Notes: generated by a model not told the origin, from the sequence alone. 33,729 bases of DNA from Deltaproteobacteria bacterium (GCA_013205415.1 JABMMY010000058.1:1-33729); one strand, 5' to 3'. Shown: positions 9,257 to 18,713, numbered from the stretch's first letter. Translations and numbers: made by a program.

Positions 9257-10948
9257 ATGAAACCCATGGAAAAAATGGCACGAATCATTGATGCTGCAAT
9301 GGGTCGCATTCCGTGTGATACGCTTTTAAAAAATGTAAATTACCTTGATGTCTTTTCTTGCGAGTGGAGAGATGGAGATCTGGGCATTATTGACGGTAAA
9401 ATAGTAGGCTTAGAATCGGGATTAAAGGCCAATAGAGAGATAGATCTCAAGGGAAAATCGGTCGTTCCAGGATTCATTGATGCCCATGTACATATTGAAA
9501 GCTCTTGTCTCATTCCCACCCATTTTGAATCTGTAGTTCTTCCCAAGGGAACTACTACCGCTATTTGTGATCCGCATGAACTAGCCAATGTGACAGGGAT
9601 CACAGGCATTCAGTATTTTTTAGAATCTGCCGAGAAAATGGCATTAGATTTGAGGGTCATGTTAAGTTCCTGTGTCCCTGCAACTCACATGGAAACCAAT
9701 GGAGGGGGAACGCTATCGATCGATTCTTTAGCGCCGTTAGCCTCTCATCCTAAAAGTTTGGGACTTGCCGAAATGATGAATGTCCCAGGGGTGCTTCATT
9801 GTGATCCTGAGGTTTTAAAAAAGCTTCTCCATTTTCAAGAACAAAATATTGATGGTCATTCTCCGTTATTAAGAGGCAAAGATCTTTCTGCTTATGCCTC
9901 TACGGGTATCTCAACCTGTCATGAATCGTCTGAGCTTGAAGAGTCCCGAGAAAAGGTGATCAAAGGAATGAAGGTCTGGATTCGAGAGGGAAGTGTGGCA
10001 AAGGACCTAAAAACATTAGCTCCTCTTCTGACTCTAGCCACATCGACTAGTATTGGTTTCTGTACCGACGATAGAAATCCTTTGGATATTTCACAGGAGG
10101 GTCATATCGATTATTTAATTCGAACCGCAATTCAAGAAGGGGTGAGTCCGGAGGTGGCCTATCGGGCAGCATCGTGGAGTGTTGCCAAACATTATGGATT
10201 AGATAGAGGCGGTTTTAGAAAAGGGGCCATTGCTCCTGGTTACAATGCAGACTTAGTTATTCTTGAGGATAGAAATCGGTGTGGTATTTCTGGTGTTTTG
10301 GCTCAAGGAAAATGGATTGGAGAAATAGAGAAGAGCAGTGATGTGACTAGCTCCGCGCACCAAACCGTTAAAGCACATGTTCCAGAGATGAATGAACTTA
10401 AAGGACCCGAAGGAAGAGTTCATATTATCGTCGTTAAACCTGGAAAAATAATAACCGATCGTGAAGTGGGAATGGCTCACGATAAAGGGGTAGCCCGGCT
10501 TAGTGTTTTAGAACGTTACGGTCGAGGATCAAAACCCGCAAATGGTTATGTGCGAGGATTTGGACCCAACTTCATTGGCGCCATTGCTTCCAGTGTGGGA
10601 CATGATAGCCATAATTTGATCGTGGTAGGGTCTGAACTTTCCGACATGCAGGTGGCTTTAAAAGCGTTAATTCAAAATCAGGGCGGTTTTGTGGTGGTTC
10701 AAAATAAAATAGTCATCGCAAGTTTGCCTCTTCCATTGGGAGGACTCATGTCGGAAGCCCCTCACAAAGAGGTGGAGCAGTGCTTATTAAAACTTCGATC
10801 CGCTAGTCGAGCAGTAGGGTGTGCACTTTCTGAACCTTTTCTTCAATTAGCTTTTTTAAGTTTACCAGTGATCCCTTCCCTTAAGCTAACCGACAAGGGT
10901 TTGGTTGATGTTGAAAAATTCAAAATAATCTCAGTTAGCGCCACCTAA
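9257..10948 (+). CDS. ade: Adenine deaminase
   Basis: I chose the start at 9257 because the RBS AAAGGAG lies 5 nt upstream; the track start at 9095 overlaps the divergent gene. The amidohydrolase metal motif is PGFIDAHVHIESS. Downstream motifs are DGHSP and CTDD, then GHDSHNLIVVG. The length is about 563 aa. Confidence 0.88.
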   Translation: MKPMEKMARIIDAAMGRIPCDTLLKNVNYLDVFSCEWRDGDLGIIDGKIVGLESGLKANREIDLKGKSVVPGFIDAHVHIESSCLIPTHFESVVLPKGTTTAICDPHELANVTGITGIQYFLESAEKMALDLRVMLSSCVPATHMETNGGGTLSIDSLAPLASHPKSLGLAEMMNVPGVLHCDPEVLKKLLHFQEQNIDGHSPLLRGKDLSAYASTGISTCHESSELEESREKVIKGMKVWIREGSVAKDLKTLAPLLTLATSTSIGFCTDDRNPLDISQEGHIDYLIRTAIQEGVSPEVAYRAASWSVAKHYGLDRGGFRKGAIAPGYNADLVILEDRNRCGISGVLAQGKWIGEIEKSSDVTSSAHQTVKAHVPEMNELKGPEGRVHIIVVKPGKIITDREVGMAHDKGVARLSVLERYGRGSKPANGYVRGFGPNFIGAIASSVGHDSHNLIVVGSELSDMQVALKALIQNQGGFVVVQNKIVIASLPLPLGGLMSEAPHKEVEQCLLKLRSASRAVGCALSEPFLQLAFLSLPVIPSLKLTDKGLVDVEKFKIISVSAT

Positions 10949-10997
10949 AAAGGGATCGTAGTTTGGGCGTCACAGGGAGAACAATAGGCTCTAGCTT

Positions 10998-12797
10998 TTA
11001 ATAGGTGGCCTCTGTCGGGAAACTACTAATGTTTCCAATGGTAATATTTGTGTCTGGAATTTGCATCGATTGAATTCCAGATTTGTAATTTTGAATTTCG
11101 AATAAATAATAACGAACATTTGTAGGCGCTGTCTTGGCCTCATTCAAGAATCCCGGTTTCCTTTGCTGACAGGGCCCGCAATTACTGGCGCCATACATTA
11201 CCTTGGTATTAATTCCATTCGCTCTATTTCGCAGAACTATCTGGGAAAGAAACTTAAGGTCTTTCACTGAATAGGCCGTTCCAGCCTTATCGATCGTTGG
11301 CAATATTGGACTCTTTACTTGGGGAGATTTTTTGGGAAGGGGCTCCTGTTTTTTATCGGATTTGTCCTTAGGGGCTATCAGTTTTTCTTTTAACTTTGTA
11401 AGAAAGCTCCGTGCCTTCTCAATGCCACTTTGGGGGGGATAACATTTATTAGCGGTGCAAAAATTAAAAACTCCTGAGTTTTCTTCCTTAACAGTAACAC
11501 CAAGATTATTCTCCTCACTAAACCTCTTTAAGTTCACAAGTTCCGCGGAATCATTTTTGGGGGATTCTAAAACTGATTCATTTTCCGATGAATCATCGGT
11601 CGTGGTGCTACTAGTCGTTGGCTTTTCAGCGGGTGTAGTGATTGCCTTTTTATCGTTTTCAATCGAGCCACTCTCAAACTTAGCCTTGATACATCGAACA
11701 AAATCTAAGGAACGATTCGTAGCATAGTTTCCCAATGGCCAGTTTCTACTGGTATCATCACCGGTCGAAAGAAGACCGACCAATTCTAGTTGATTCGAAC
11801 TATTTTTTCTAAAGAAAGCGCCTCCGGAATCGCCCTGTTGGATCTTAACATCCTCATGCTGAATCACCGATTCTTGCGCATCTCCAATCGAACGGTAGTT
11901 AACACCAACGATTCCTGGTTCCCTAAAAACATATCCATTATAAAGGCCCTCTTTACCGTCCATTACCTTTCCATAGACGACAGGCTCTTTATTCTGAGGC
12001 GGCCTATCCGAAATCTCAATCACCGGAACTTCACCGGCACCCTTTGGGCAACTAAATCCAAAAACTGCGGAATCTTCCGATTTAGAACCCCCTGCATGTT
12101 CAGGGTTAATGTAAAGTATGGCCTCGACATCTCCAAAATCGGCGGTACCTATTGTGGCTCGACCCCATTTAATCCCGCGTTTTCGAATCTCTTCATGACA
12201 GGCACTATTATCAAGACCGTTCTGATCAAAGTTAGCACCAGATCGGGCGGCCCCGTCCTCTAAACAATGGGCTGCTGTTGCAGCAAAGCATTGTCCATTT
12301 TTTGCCGAGATAAGAGTGGCTTGACAGTTTTCTGAAAAACCGGGGCCTTTAACCGAATACTGAAACCCAGGATTTCCGTTGGTATTGGCGCGAACAAGAG
12401 CCCTTGGGCCATCACCCGCAGGTCGGACTGGCTGAGAGTTGTTATTCCCAGAAGCTTGAGCATGAGTCGGCTCTGAGGGAATCTTTCCTGGCGCCTCGCT
12501 AATAAACGAGGGCTCTGGGCTATCTTCGTTACTAAAAACCCATTGGAGGTTGCCGTTGATAAATTGGTACCCAATAGCATTCTTTGGCACAGCGATGCCG
12601 TTAACCGCTATGGTTCGTTCAGTCGGTGTATTAGTGAGGGGAGTAAAGCTTAATCCATTATTTGAAGGGCCTTTAGATTCGCAATTTCCTGTGGGGCATT
12701 GAAAAGAGGGGAATCTCATCCTTCGCGATTTAGCAGGTGCCGGAATGGAATTTAAGAAAAATATAAAAATAGCAAAAAGATAAATAGTCTTATGCAT
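10998..12797 (-). CDS. Secreted trypsin-like (S1) serine protease with a C-terminal thioredoxin-like domain
   Basis: It has a signal peptide. The S1 motifs are TAAHCLEDG (His) and QQGDSGGAFF (Ser). A Ser/Thr/Asp-rich linker (TTPAEKPTTSSTTTDDSSENES) follows. The last approximately 95 aa carry VMYGASNCGPCQQ (CGPC at 11169-11180) and ISSFPT, which fit thioredoxin active-site and cis-Pro positions. Confidence 0.75.
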   Translation of the reverse strand: MHKTIYLFAIFIFFLNSIPAPAKSRRMRFPSFQCPTGNCESKGPSNNGLSFTPLTNTPTERTIAVNGIAVPKNAIGYQFINGNLQWVFSNEDSPEPSFISEAPGKIPSEPTHAQASGNNNSQPVRPAGDGPRALVRANTNGNPGFQYSVKGPGFSENCQATLISAKNGQCFAATAAHCLEDGAARSGANFDQNGLDNSACHEEIRKRGIKWGRATIGTADFGDVEAILYINPEHAGGSKSEDSAVFGFSCPKGAGEVPVIEISDRPPQNKEPVVYGKVMDGKEGLYNGYVFREPGIVGVNYRSIGDAQESVIQHEDVKIQQGDSGGAFFRKNSSNQLELVGLLSTGDDTSRNWPLGNYATNRSLDFVRCIKAKFESGSIENDKKAITTPAEKPTTSSTTTDDSSENESVLESPKNDSAELVNLKRFSEENNLGVTVKEENSGVFNFCTANKCYPPQSGIEKARSFLTKLKEKLIAPKDKSDKKQEPLPKKSPQVKSPILPTIDKAGTAYSVKDLKFLSQIVLRNRANGINTKVMYGASNCGPCQQRKPGFLNEAKTAPTNVRYYLFEIQNYKSGIQSMQIPDTNITIGNISSFPTEATY

Positions 12798-13241
12798 TTA
12801 ATTTCTCCTTGTCCATTAACTAGTTCAAGTTTCAAGCCAAAAAAAATTTTTAAAAAACCCATTAAATTAAGGGGTTATAAAAGAGTCGATTTTTGAAAAG
12901 GTCATTGTTTATGCATTTTTGTAATAGGAATGTGATAGTGCGACAGCAATTCCCATTTTTTAAGGCTGTGGATCCCGAATACAGTTAGTGACTGGCCCGA
13001 AAAAATACAACTGTATCTTTATTGAGCCTCATTTCCGCATAGATGCCCCATGCAGAATTACAATCTCCGGCCGAACAGCCTAAAAATGGCAGGGTTTAAC
13101 GGGACTCCACAGACAATTTCTGCCTCTTTCAGCCTGTAAAAAAGATATTGGGCTGTCTAAGAACTGCGCACGTGTCTTGCAACTTACCAAAATCGAGAGA
13201 CGTAGAGCCGATTCTAGTCTTTAAGTTAGGACGAGGTAAAA

Positions 13242-13931
13242 ATGAAATTGCAAACTATTATTATGTGGTGTGGTTTTTCAATCACATTGCAATGTTACTC
13301 CGCAGAACAACAATTTCATGGAATACTCTCCGATGAACGACCTGTTCGTCCCTTAGCGGCTCCAGCGGATCCTCAAGCGGCTAAAACTATTACTGTCGAA
13401 GAGCTTTATATTTATTTGGCACTTATCGAACACAGAAGGCTTCAACTTGAAACCGCCAATGAATCAATAATGAATGATGTGAAATACAGTTGGAGTAAAA
13501 TAGCTGCTTTTGTTACTAAAGGGGCGATCGATGGTTATTGCACGGCCACGTTGTTAAGCGGAATTAAGAATTTAGTATTACCGGCTAGCGCTATTGGAGG
13601 AGGGGCCGCTGTAACTACTAAAAGCTGGACGACAAAAGAGGTAAAAACATGGCTTGTTAACGGGGGCTTAGAAAAATTAAAGGGAGTGGGTTTCGATGTA
13701 GGATTAGTGGGATTATCATCTGCAGCCAATGTAGCTTTAGCGACAGAAAATCATTGGGAATATCATATTCCCATCCTAGGAACTGCATTTGTCGCTAATA
13801 CATGGTCATCAAATCTAATGAATGCTTCAGAGCTTCTCGAGAAAAATGGAAATGAGATAATAGTACTAAAAAAAGAGAGGTTTAAAATTCAAAGATATTT
13901 AAGAGGTTTGGAAACTAAAAATAAAAGATAG
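13242..13931 (+). CDS. Exported hypothetical protein with a Gly/Ala-rich hydrophobic core; no family recognised
   Basis: The RBS GAGGT lies 5 nt upstream. The signal peptide is MKLQTIIMWCGFSITLQCYSA. The core is rich in small residues (ASAIGGGAAVTT, GVGFDVGLVGLSSAANVALA) and is flanked by charged helical segments. Confidence 0.55.
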   Translation: MKLQTIIMWCGFSITLQCYSAEQQFHGILSDERPVRPLAAPADPQAAKTITVEELYIYLALIEHRRLQLETANESIMNDVKYSWSKIAAFVTKGAIDGYCTATLLSGIKNLVLPASAIGGGAAVTTKSWTTKEVKTWLVNGGLEKLKGVGFDVGLVGLSSAANVALATENHWEYHIPILGTAFVANTWSSNLMNASELLEKNGNEIIVLKKERFKIQRYLRGLETKNKR

Positions 13932-13951
13932 TAAATTTTTAGTTGATTAAG

Positions 13952-15208
13952 TTATCTAGCAACATTTTTTTCAAATCTACCCAGTCTTTTTAGAAAGAAT
14001 AATCCTGGGGCCGCTAAAAAAACGGTAAGCATAAAAAACTTTGGCCACCCTAAAGTTGCCACTAGAATACCGGATCCTGATGCCAATACGGTTCTAGCGA
14101 CTGCCGTAAGACTTGAAAGTAAAGCATATTGACTGGCCGAAAACTTCTGTTCGCATAAGCCCATTAAGTAAGCCACGAGAGCTGCAGTTCCTAGTCCTCC
14201 ACAAAAATTTTCTACACCTATAGAGGCCACCATCCATCCATAACTTTTCCCATAAATAGCGAGTCCCACAAAAACAAAATTTGAAATGGCCTGTAGAATT
14301 CCGAAATACCAAAGGCTTCGATAGATACCCCACCTAGGTATCATAGCTCCCGCTACTAGGCCGCCCATTAAACTTACGATCAATCCAAATACTTTATTTA
14401 CCGAACCAATGTCGGTATTACTAAACCCCAGCTCAACTAAAAAAGGACTTAAAAGGGATGAGGCTAAGGTGTCTGCTAGTTTAAAAAAAACTACAAAAAG
14501 CAAAATTTCTATGGCTCCCTGTTTTTTAAAAAAACTTAGAATAGGTTCTACGACCGCCTCTTTAAGTGTTTTCGGAGGCGGTACGACCACCTCGGGGGCC
14601 GGAGCAAAAAAGACGGTTAGTAGTCCTACCGACATGCAGGAGCCCATGATTAAAAATACGGTACGCCATGAATAATGATCGGCAAGAATCAAAGCCAAAG
14701 CTCCAGAACTTAAAAAGGCAAGTCGACCGCCAAGCATAACCATCGAGGCTCCTGCGCCACGCTCCTCCGGTCTTAAGAGATCAACTCGATAGGCATCAAT
14801 CACGATGTCAGCACTAGCACTAAAAAAAGAGATACAGGTGGCTATCACAATAATCCAGGTCATGTCGGATAACGGATTTAAAAATCCCATGCCGCCAATA
14901 CAGATCATTAAAATTATCTGAAAAATAGCAATCCAACCCGTTCGTCGATTAAGAAAAGGGGGCACAAATCTGTCAAGAATGGGAGCCCACAGAAACTTAA
15001 AACTATAGGGTAATCCTACTAAGGTGAGGGCACTAATAGTTTTGATATCGATATTATTTCTTTTTAACCAAACTTGGAATGTAGTTCCTGATGAAGTGAG
15101 GGGAAGCGGAAATGAAGAGGCAAACATCAAAAGTAATGTGACGGCCATTCGACGATTGGTAAATACGTTAACCGGTTTAGACTGAGAGGTAGTTTGAGAT
15201 TGAGCCAT
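13952..15208 (-). CDS. ampG: AmpG-family MFS muropeptide permease
   Basis: It is a multi-TM protein. The AmpG-type N-terminal signature is SSFPLPLTSSGTTFQVWLK...LVGLPYSFKFLWAPILDRF. Confidence 0.8.
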   Translation of the reverse strand: MAQSQTTSQSKPVNVFTNRRMAVTLLLMFASSFPLPLTSSGTTFQVWLKRNNIDIKTISALTLVGLPYSFKFLWAPILDRFVPPFLNRRTGWIAIFQIILMICIGGMGFLNPLSDMTWIIVIATCISFFSASADIVIDAYRVDLLRPEERGAGASMVMLGGRLAFLSSGALALILADHYSWRTVFLIMGSCMSVGLLTVFFAPAPEVVVPPPKTLKEAVVEPILSFFKKQGAIEILLFVVFFKLADTLASSLLSPFLVELGFSNTDIGSVNKVFGLIVSLMGGLVAGAMIPRWGIYRSLWYFGILQAISNFVFVGLAIYGKSYGWMVASIGVENFCGGLGTAALVAYLMGLCEQKFSASQYALLSSLTAVARTVLASGSGILVATLGWPKFFMLTVFLAAPGLFFLKRLGRFEKNVAR

Positions 15209-15241
15209 GACTAATAATTTTAACGACGGAATAAAAAAAAG

Positions 15242-16189
15242 CTAGAATAATAGTTCTCTTCCTGCATCAGATTGAAACATCTCTTTTCCTGAATGTCCTA
15301 CGTTAGGAACGGTTCGTAATTTTAAACCGCTTTTTGGATAAAAAGCTTTAATGAATTGGTAGTAGTTCATTCCTCGTTCTAATCGATGAGCCCCCTGAAG
15401 ATTGGCAGCACAGCTGGTATCTAAGTACTCCGATTGCGTGTCGGTCTCACCTAATAAAATAGTCACAGGCCTGGAAGCAAATCTTATCCCGAGCTCTTTT
15501 TCGGGTACATGGCCTATATAGTTATTGGGGGATGTAATTCCATAGGGGTAGGAATTATAATCTGAACAAGAATTATCGGGCACCACAAATTCTTTTTTAT
15601 GATTCATTCGCTCAGGAACAAAATATAAATAGGAGGAGGGATTAGCGATGACATAAGAAATATCAATACTATAACGATCGGTAATAGGACTTCCCGCTGC
15701 ATATCTGGCTACCATTTGCCCTCCTGCTGAATGACCTACCAAAACCACCTTTTTTAAATTAGGGAATTGTCCACTTAGCCACAAATATTCGATCATTCGA
15801 TCAATAACTTCATAAGAACTTATGGGGAATTGTTCGCTTCTATCTCCAAACTTCCAACTGTCTTTCCAATAAAGTTCATTATTTTGTCTGGGGTCGGATT
15901 CAATTTTAAAATGTGGAGCTAAAACTAGGGTCCGATTTTCTACATGTTCCATGGTAGCTGCCTCTAGGACATACTGAAAATACTCATCAGCATTTCTAGT
16001 CACGCCATGAATAACAATCACGGCTCTTTCGATCTGCGGATTATTTAGGTAGATAGGAAAATTTTGATAGATTTTAATTTTAGCACTCGGGCCCATTTTA
16101 AAATCTGTTGGAGTGGGCCCAGTACCAAAAATGGAGGCTTGAAAGGCTATCAAAAAATAAAACAAAACTCTCGATCTAATAGTTTTCAT
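15242..16189 (-). CDS. Secreted alpha/beta-fold hydrolase; substrate unknown
   Basis: I prefer the start at 16189 (MKTIRSRVLFYFLIAFQASIFG signal peptide, GGGGA RBS) to the track start at 16246. Motifs are VIVIHGVTRNADEY and the nucleophile elbow VGHSAGGQ. Confidence 0.65.
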   Translation of the reverse strand: MKTIRSRVLFYFLIAFQASIFGTGPTPTDFKMGPSAKIKIYQNFPIYLNNPQIERAVIVIHGVTRNADEYFQYVLEAATMEHVENRTLVLAPHFKIESDPRQNNELYWKDSWKFGDRSEQFPISSYEVIDRMIEYLWLSGQFPNLKKVVLVGHSAGGQMVARYAAGSPITDRYSIDISYVIANPSSYLYFVPERMNHKKEFVVPDNSCSDYNSYPYGITSPNNYIGHVPEKELGIRFASRPVTILLGETDTQSEYLDTSCAANLQGAHRLERGMNYYQFIKAFYPKSGLKLRTVPNVGHSGKEMFQSDAGRELLF

Positions 16190-16285
16190 AAGTTTTCCCC
16201 GTTGCCAGTCACCACTTAAACAAATAACCCTCCTATTTGGCAACACTCTTTGACATAAGTGCTGCGGTGTGGCTATTTATTTAAT

Positions 16286-16321
16286 AGACCTCTTTTATGC
16301 TTTAGGTCATGAAAGAGGTCT
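16286..16321. promoter_or_regulatory. Perfect 10-bp inverted repeat in a divergent promoter region; candidate operator or leader hairpin
   Basis: AGACCTCTTT (16286-16295) and AAAGAGGTCT (16312-16321) are separated by 16 nt. The repeat lies between the divergently transcribed hydrolase (start 16189) and metalloprotease (start 16381). Confidence 0.4.
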
Positions 16322-16380
16322 AAGGCTTCAGGTGAAATCTCTTACGATTTCAGGCTGTTTCAAAATGGGGGATTAAATTC

Positions 16381-18678
16381 ATGAAGGTCATTTTTTTACA
16401 ATCTAGCTTGCTCTGTTCTTTTTTGTTGAGTGCTATTTCTTTAGCACAACCTCAATCGGTTCGTTGGACTGGAAAAGAGGATAAGAATTCTAATTTAGTC
16501 CATGTGCTCGATGTGATTCGTACGAAAACGGCCATCGAATTATCCCCTTCCAATTTCATGTTGGTGGAAAGTCGAAAACTAGCGACCAGTCAATATATGA
16601 TGTTGGCACAGACTGCTGCGGGAATTCCTATTAGAGGATTAAGCCTAAGAATTTGGACCTCTCTTGAAAACAGTGAAACGATTCAGATTGAAGCTCAAAT
16701 AGACGTGAGCCCCAATACTGCAAGATGGAGTGCTAAAACTGCGAAGGCTGTACTCAGTTCTTTTGATACGACCGAACTTGTAAGAATGGCGATTAAAAAC
16801 ACCGACGATCCTTTTCTTCGTAAAATAACATGGCAAGACATGTGGGAAAATGGAGAATTGGTTAGAGTTGTGAAGATAAAGGCAAAAAGAGGTAAGCATG
16901 TAGTGGTGCTCTCTTTAATATCTAAAATAGTATTAAAGAGTTCCTATGAAGAATTTCCTCAGGCCGATTTGGCTAGCCAGGATGAGTTTAGTATTCCAGT
17001 TAATATCTTTCCTATCTATGAGGAGATAGAACAGGGGCGAGCGGCTCCGCTTCAAATGGCTAGAGTGGCTAGTGAGCTTAGACATTTAAATCGTACCATT
17101 CATCGGGCTAAGGGACAGGATCCTTTAGCCAATCTTAAATCACAACATTATAAAGACAGTTTATTTGAGCCTTTGTTGGGCCTAACGATAGAAGGTAGAA
17201 AACAGGGCTTCTGGTCGATGGCTTACATTAAAGACCAGGTAGAAAAACTATTTTCTGCTCTGCCTTTGGAGGAAAATAGTTTTGCGAATGGAGGGGTGTT
17301 TTTAGATGGTAAATATGTAACGGTAAATTTATATACTGAAGCAGCAAAATTACCCAATCTAAGTTTTAATCCTTCGCCCTCCGCCCATTTTCGACCTGAA
17401 TATGTGGTGATGGCTAGTGAACCCGATCATGAAGAGATGATCCCCTCGGCCGCTATTTATGGACGTCCCATCACCTCTTTAGATGATGCTTGGAATCGTC
17501 CTGCGAGACGCCTTGAAAATCATGACCCTATTTCTTACATCAATGATGGGTTTGATGAGGTGCAGGTTTATTGGGCCGTGACCCAAATGTTTGATTCGCT
17601 GAGATCTTTAGGGTTTACCGATCCCGATCTTTCGACCCGTCCCTTTCATGCCTTTCTTTTTAATCCCGATATCTCTTATCGAAATAATGCCTTCTATACT
17701 GACGATACGATCAACTTCACAACCTACTCTCCAGACAGTCAAAATATGGCTCGAGATAATACTACTATCTGGCACGAGTTAGGTCATGGTGTGATGGATC
17801 GTTTGATGGGAGATCATATTCAATTGGCAGATACTGGCGGCCTCAGTGAAGGAATGGCCGACTTTGTAGCGCAATTGATTTTAAATGATATCACTGGGGG
17901 ATTGCATTTTCCTGGTAAAGAAAAAATGAGAATCTTTAACCAAACTGGGTACTACTTAACTAATGAAGTTCATGACGATGGTGAGGCCTACGGAGGATCG
18001 ATGAACGATTTTCTGCAGGGGGCTATGGCTCGTTATGGAAAATCTGGTCTTCATAAAGTAACCGATCTCACGATGGAAACCATGAGACTTACTAGAAACC
18101 ATCCCGCATTAACTGCGGTAGAGTGGTTTCAACACATGTTGTTTGCAGATGAAATGGGTAGAGAGGGAGTTAGAGCGCCCTTTGAACTTAAGGATCTCAT
18201 TCTCAAGGCACTCAATGGTAGAAACTTCAATATGGAAGAATCTACGCCGGCATTATTTGTAGTAAAAAATGGCGCTAATGAAGTTACCAGCACAGGCCCT
18301 GGTAGTCGTAATAATCCTATTAAAATAAAATGGGTTGAGGGAGAGGTTGCTAGCTTTAATATGGAGGTGGGAGTAAAAAATGCCCCCAATTATCGGTTCA
18401 AATTTCCTGTGACTGTAAAAGTTAATTACTCTGGAGGGGCTCTTGAAGGAGCGGTCCACTGGACCAAGGAGGAGGCGGGGAATTTAACCTTCATTCTTAA
18501 TTCAGAAGCAGATTTAGCTAAATTCACCTTGGGAACTGAAGGAAGGTGCGATGAGATTAATCGCCCCGACGGAAGTTGTTCAGATTATGCTTATATTCAA
18601 ATCTGGAATCAAGGTGAGACGATAAAACCTCAAGCAAAAAAACGATTTTATCTGAGAGTTTATCCCAAGGCTCCATAG
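16381..18678 (+). CDS. Secreted thermolysin/fungalysin-like (clan MA(E), M4/M36-like) zinc metalloprotease
   Basis: It has a signal peptide. HELGH lies at 17773-17787 in the context WHELGHGVMDRLMGD. A downstream GGLSEGMADFVA motif supplies a candidate third-ligand Glu 21 residues after the second His. An upstream NNAFYTDDTINF motif is present. N- and C-terminal extensions are long (765 aa in total). Confidence 0.7.
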   Translation: MKVIFLQSSLLCSFLLSAISLAQPQSVRWTGKEDKNSNLVHVLDVIRTKTAIELSPSNFMLVESRKLATSQYMMLAQTAAGIPIRGLSLRIWTSLENSETIQIEAQIDVSPNTARWSAKTAKAVLSSFDTTELVRMAIKNTDDPFLRKITWQDMWENGELVRVVKIKAKRGKHVVVLSLISKIVLKSSYEEFPQADLASQDEFSIPVNIFPIYEEIEQGRAAPLQMARVASELRHLNRTIHRAKGQDPLANLKSQHYKDSLFEPLLGLTIEGRKQGFWSMAYIKDQVEKLFSALPLEENSFANGGVFLDGKYVTVNLYTEAAKLPNLSFNPSPSAHFRPEYVVMASEPDHEEMIPSAAIYGRPITSLDDAWNRPARRLENHDPISYINDGFDEVQVYWAVTQMFDSLRSLGFTDPDLSTRPFHAFLFNPDISYRNNAFYTDDTINFTTYSPDSQNMARDNTTIWHELGHGVMDRLMGDHIQLADTGGLSEGMADFVAQLILNDITGGLHFPGKEKMRIFNQTGYYLTNEVHDDGEAYGGSMNDFLQGAMARYGKSGLHKVTDLTMETMRLTRNHPALTAVEWFQHMLFADEMGREGVRAPFELKDLILKALNGRNFNMEESTPALFVVKNGANEVTSTGPGSRNNPIKIKWVEGEVASFNMEVGVKNAPNYRFKFPVTVKVNYSGGALEGAVHWTKEEAGNLTFILNSEADLAKFTLGTEGRCDEINRPDGSCSDYAYIQIWNQGETIKPQAKKRFYLRVYPKAP

Positions 18679-18713
18679 GTGGGTGAGGCAGATAACGAAG
18701 TAAAAAGATTACT

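Noticed and set aside
11455-12580. Antisense or alternative-frame ORFs inside the protease-Trx gene (11455-11727, 11790-12263, 12260-12580). Similar shadow ORFs occur elsewhere: 55-276, 556-759, 3090-3299, 6221-6415, 7972-8217, 9340-9609, 10253-10480, 13535-13729, 14094-14333, 14409-14675, 16645-16899, 18129-18459, 18959-19141, 19520-19738, 22376-22561, 23033-23353, 24790-25137, 25523-25708, 25736-26002, 28305-28526, 30984-31214 and 32073-32312.
   Set aside because: Each lies entirely within a longer ORF that has clear family motifs. Their translations are low-complexity or motif-free, so they are typical shadow ORFs.
12988-12996. GTGACTGGC in the long spacer resembles part of the conserved core of the ZTP (pfl) riboswitch.
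   Set aside because: I could not find the second conserved element (CCGCCUGGGCA-like pseudoknot partner) downstream. The flanking gene is not a purine or folate gene. A 9-nt match is weak.
13148-13336. A 62-aa ORF spanning the end of the long spacer and the start of the 13242 gene.
   Set aside because: It is in a different frame from a better-supported gene that has an RBS and a signal peptide. It has no RBS and no recognisable motifs.
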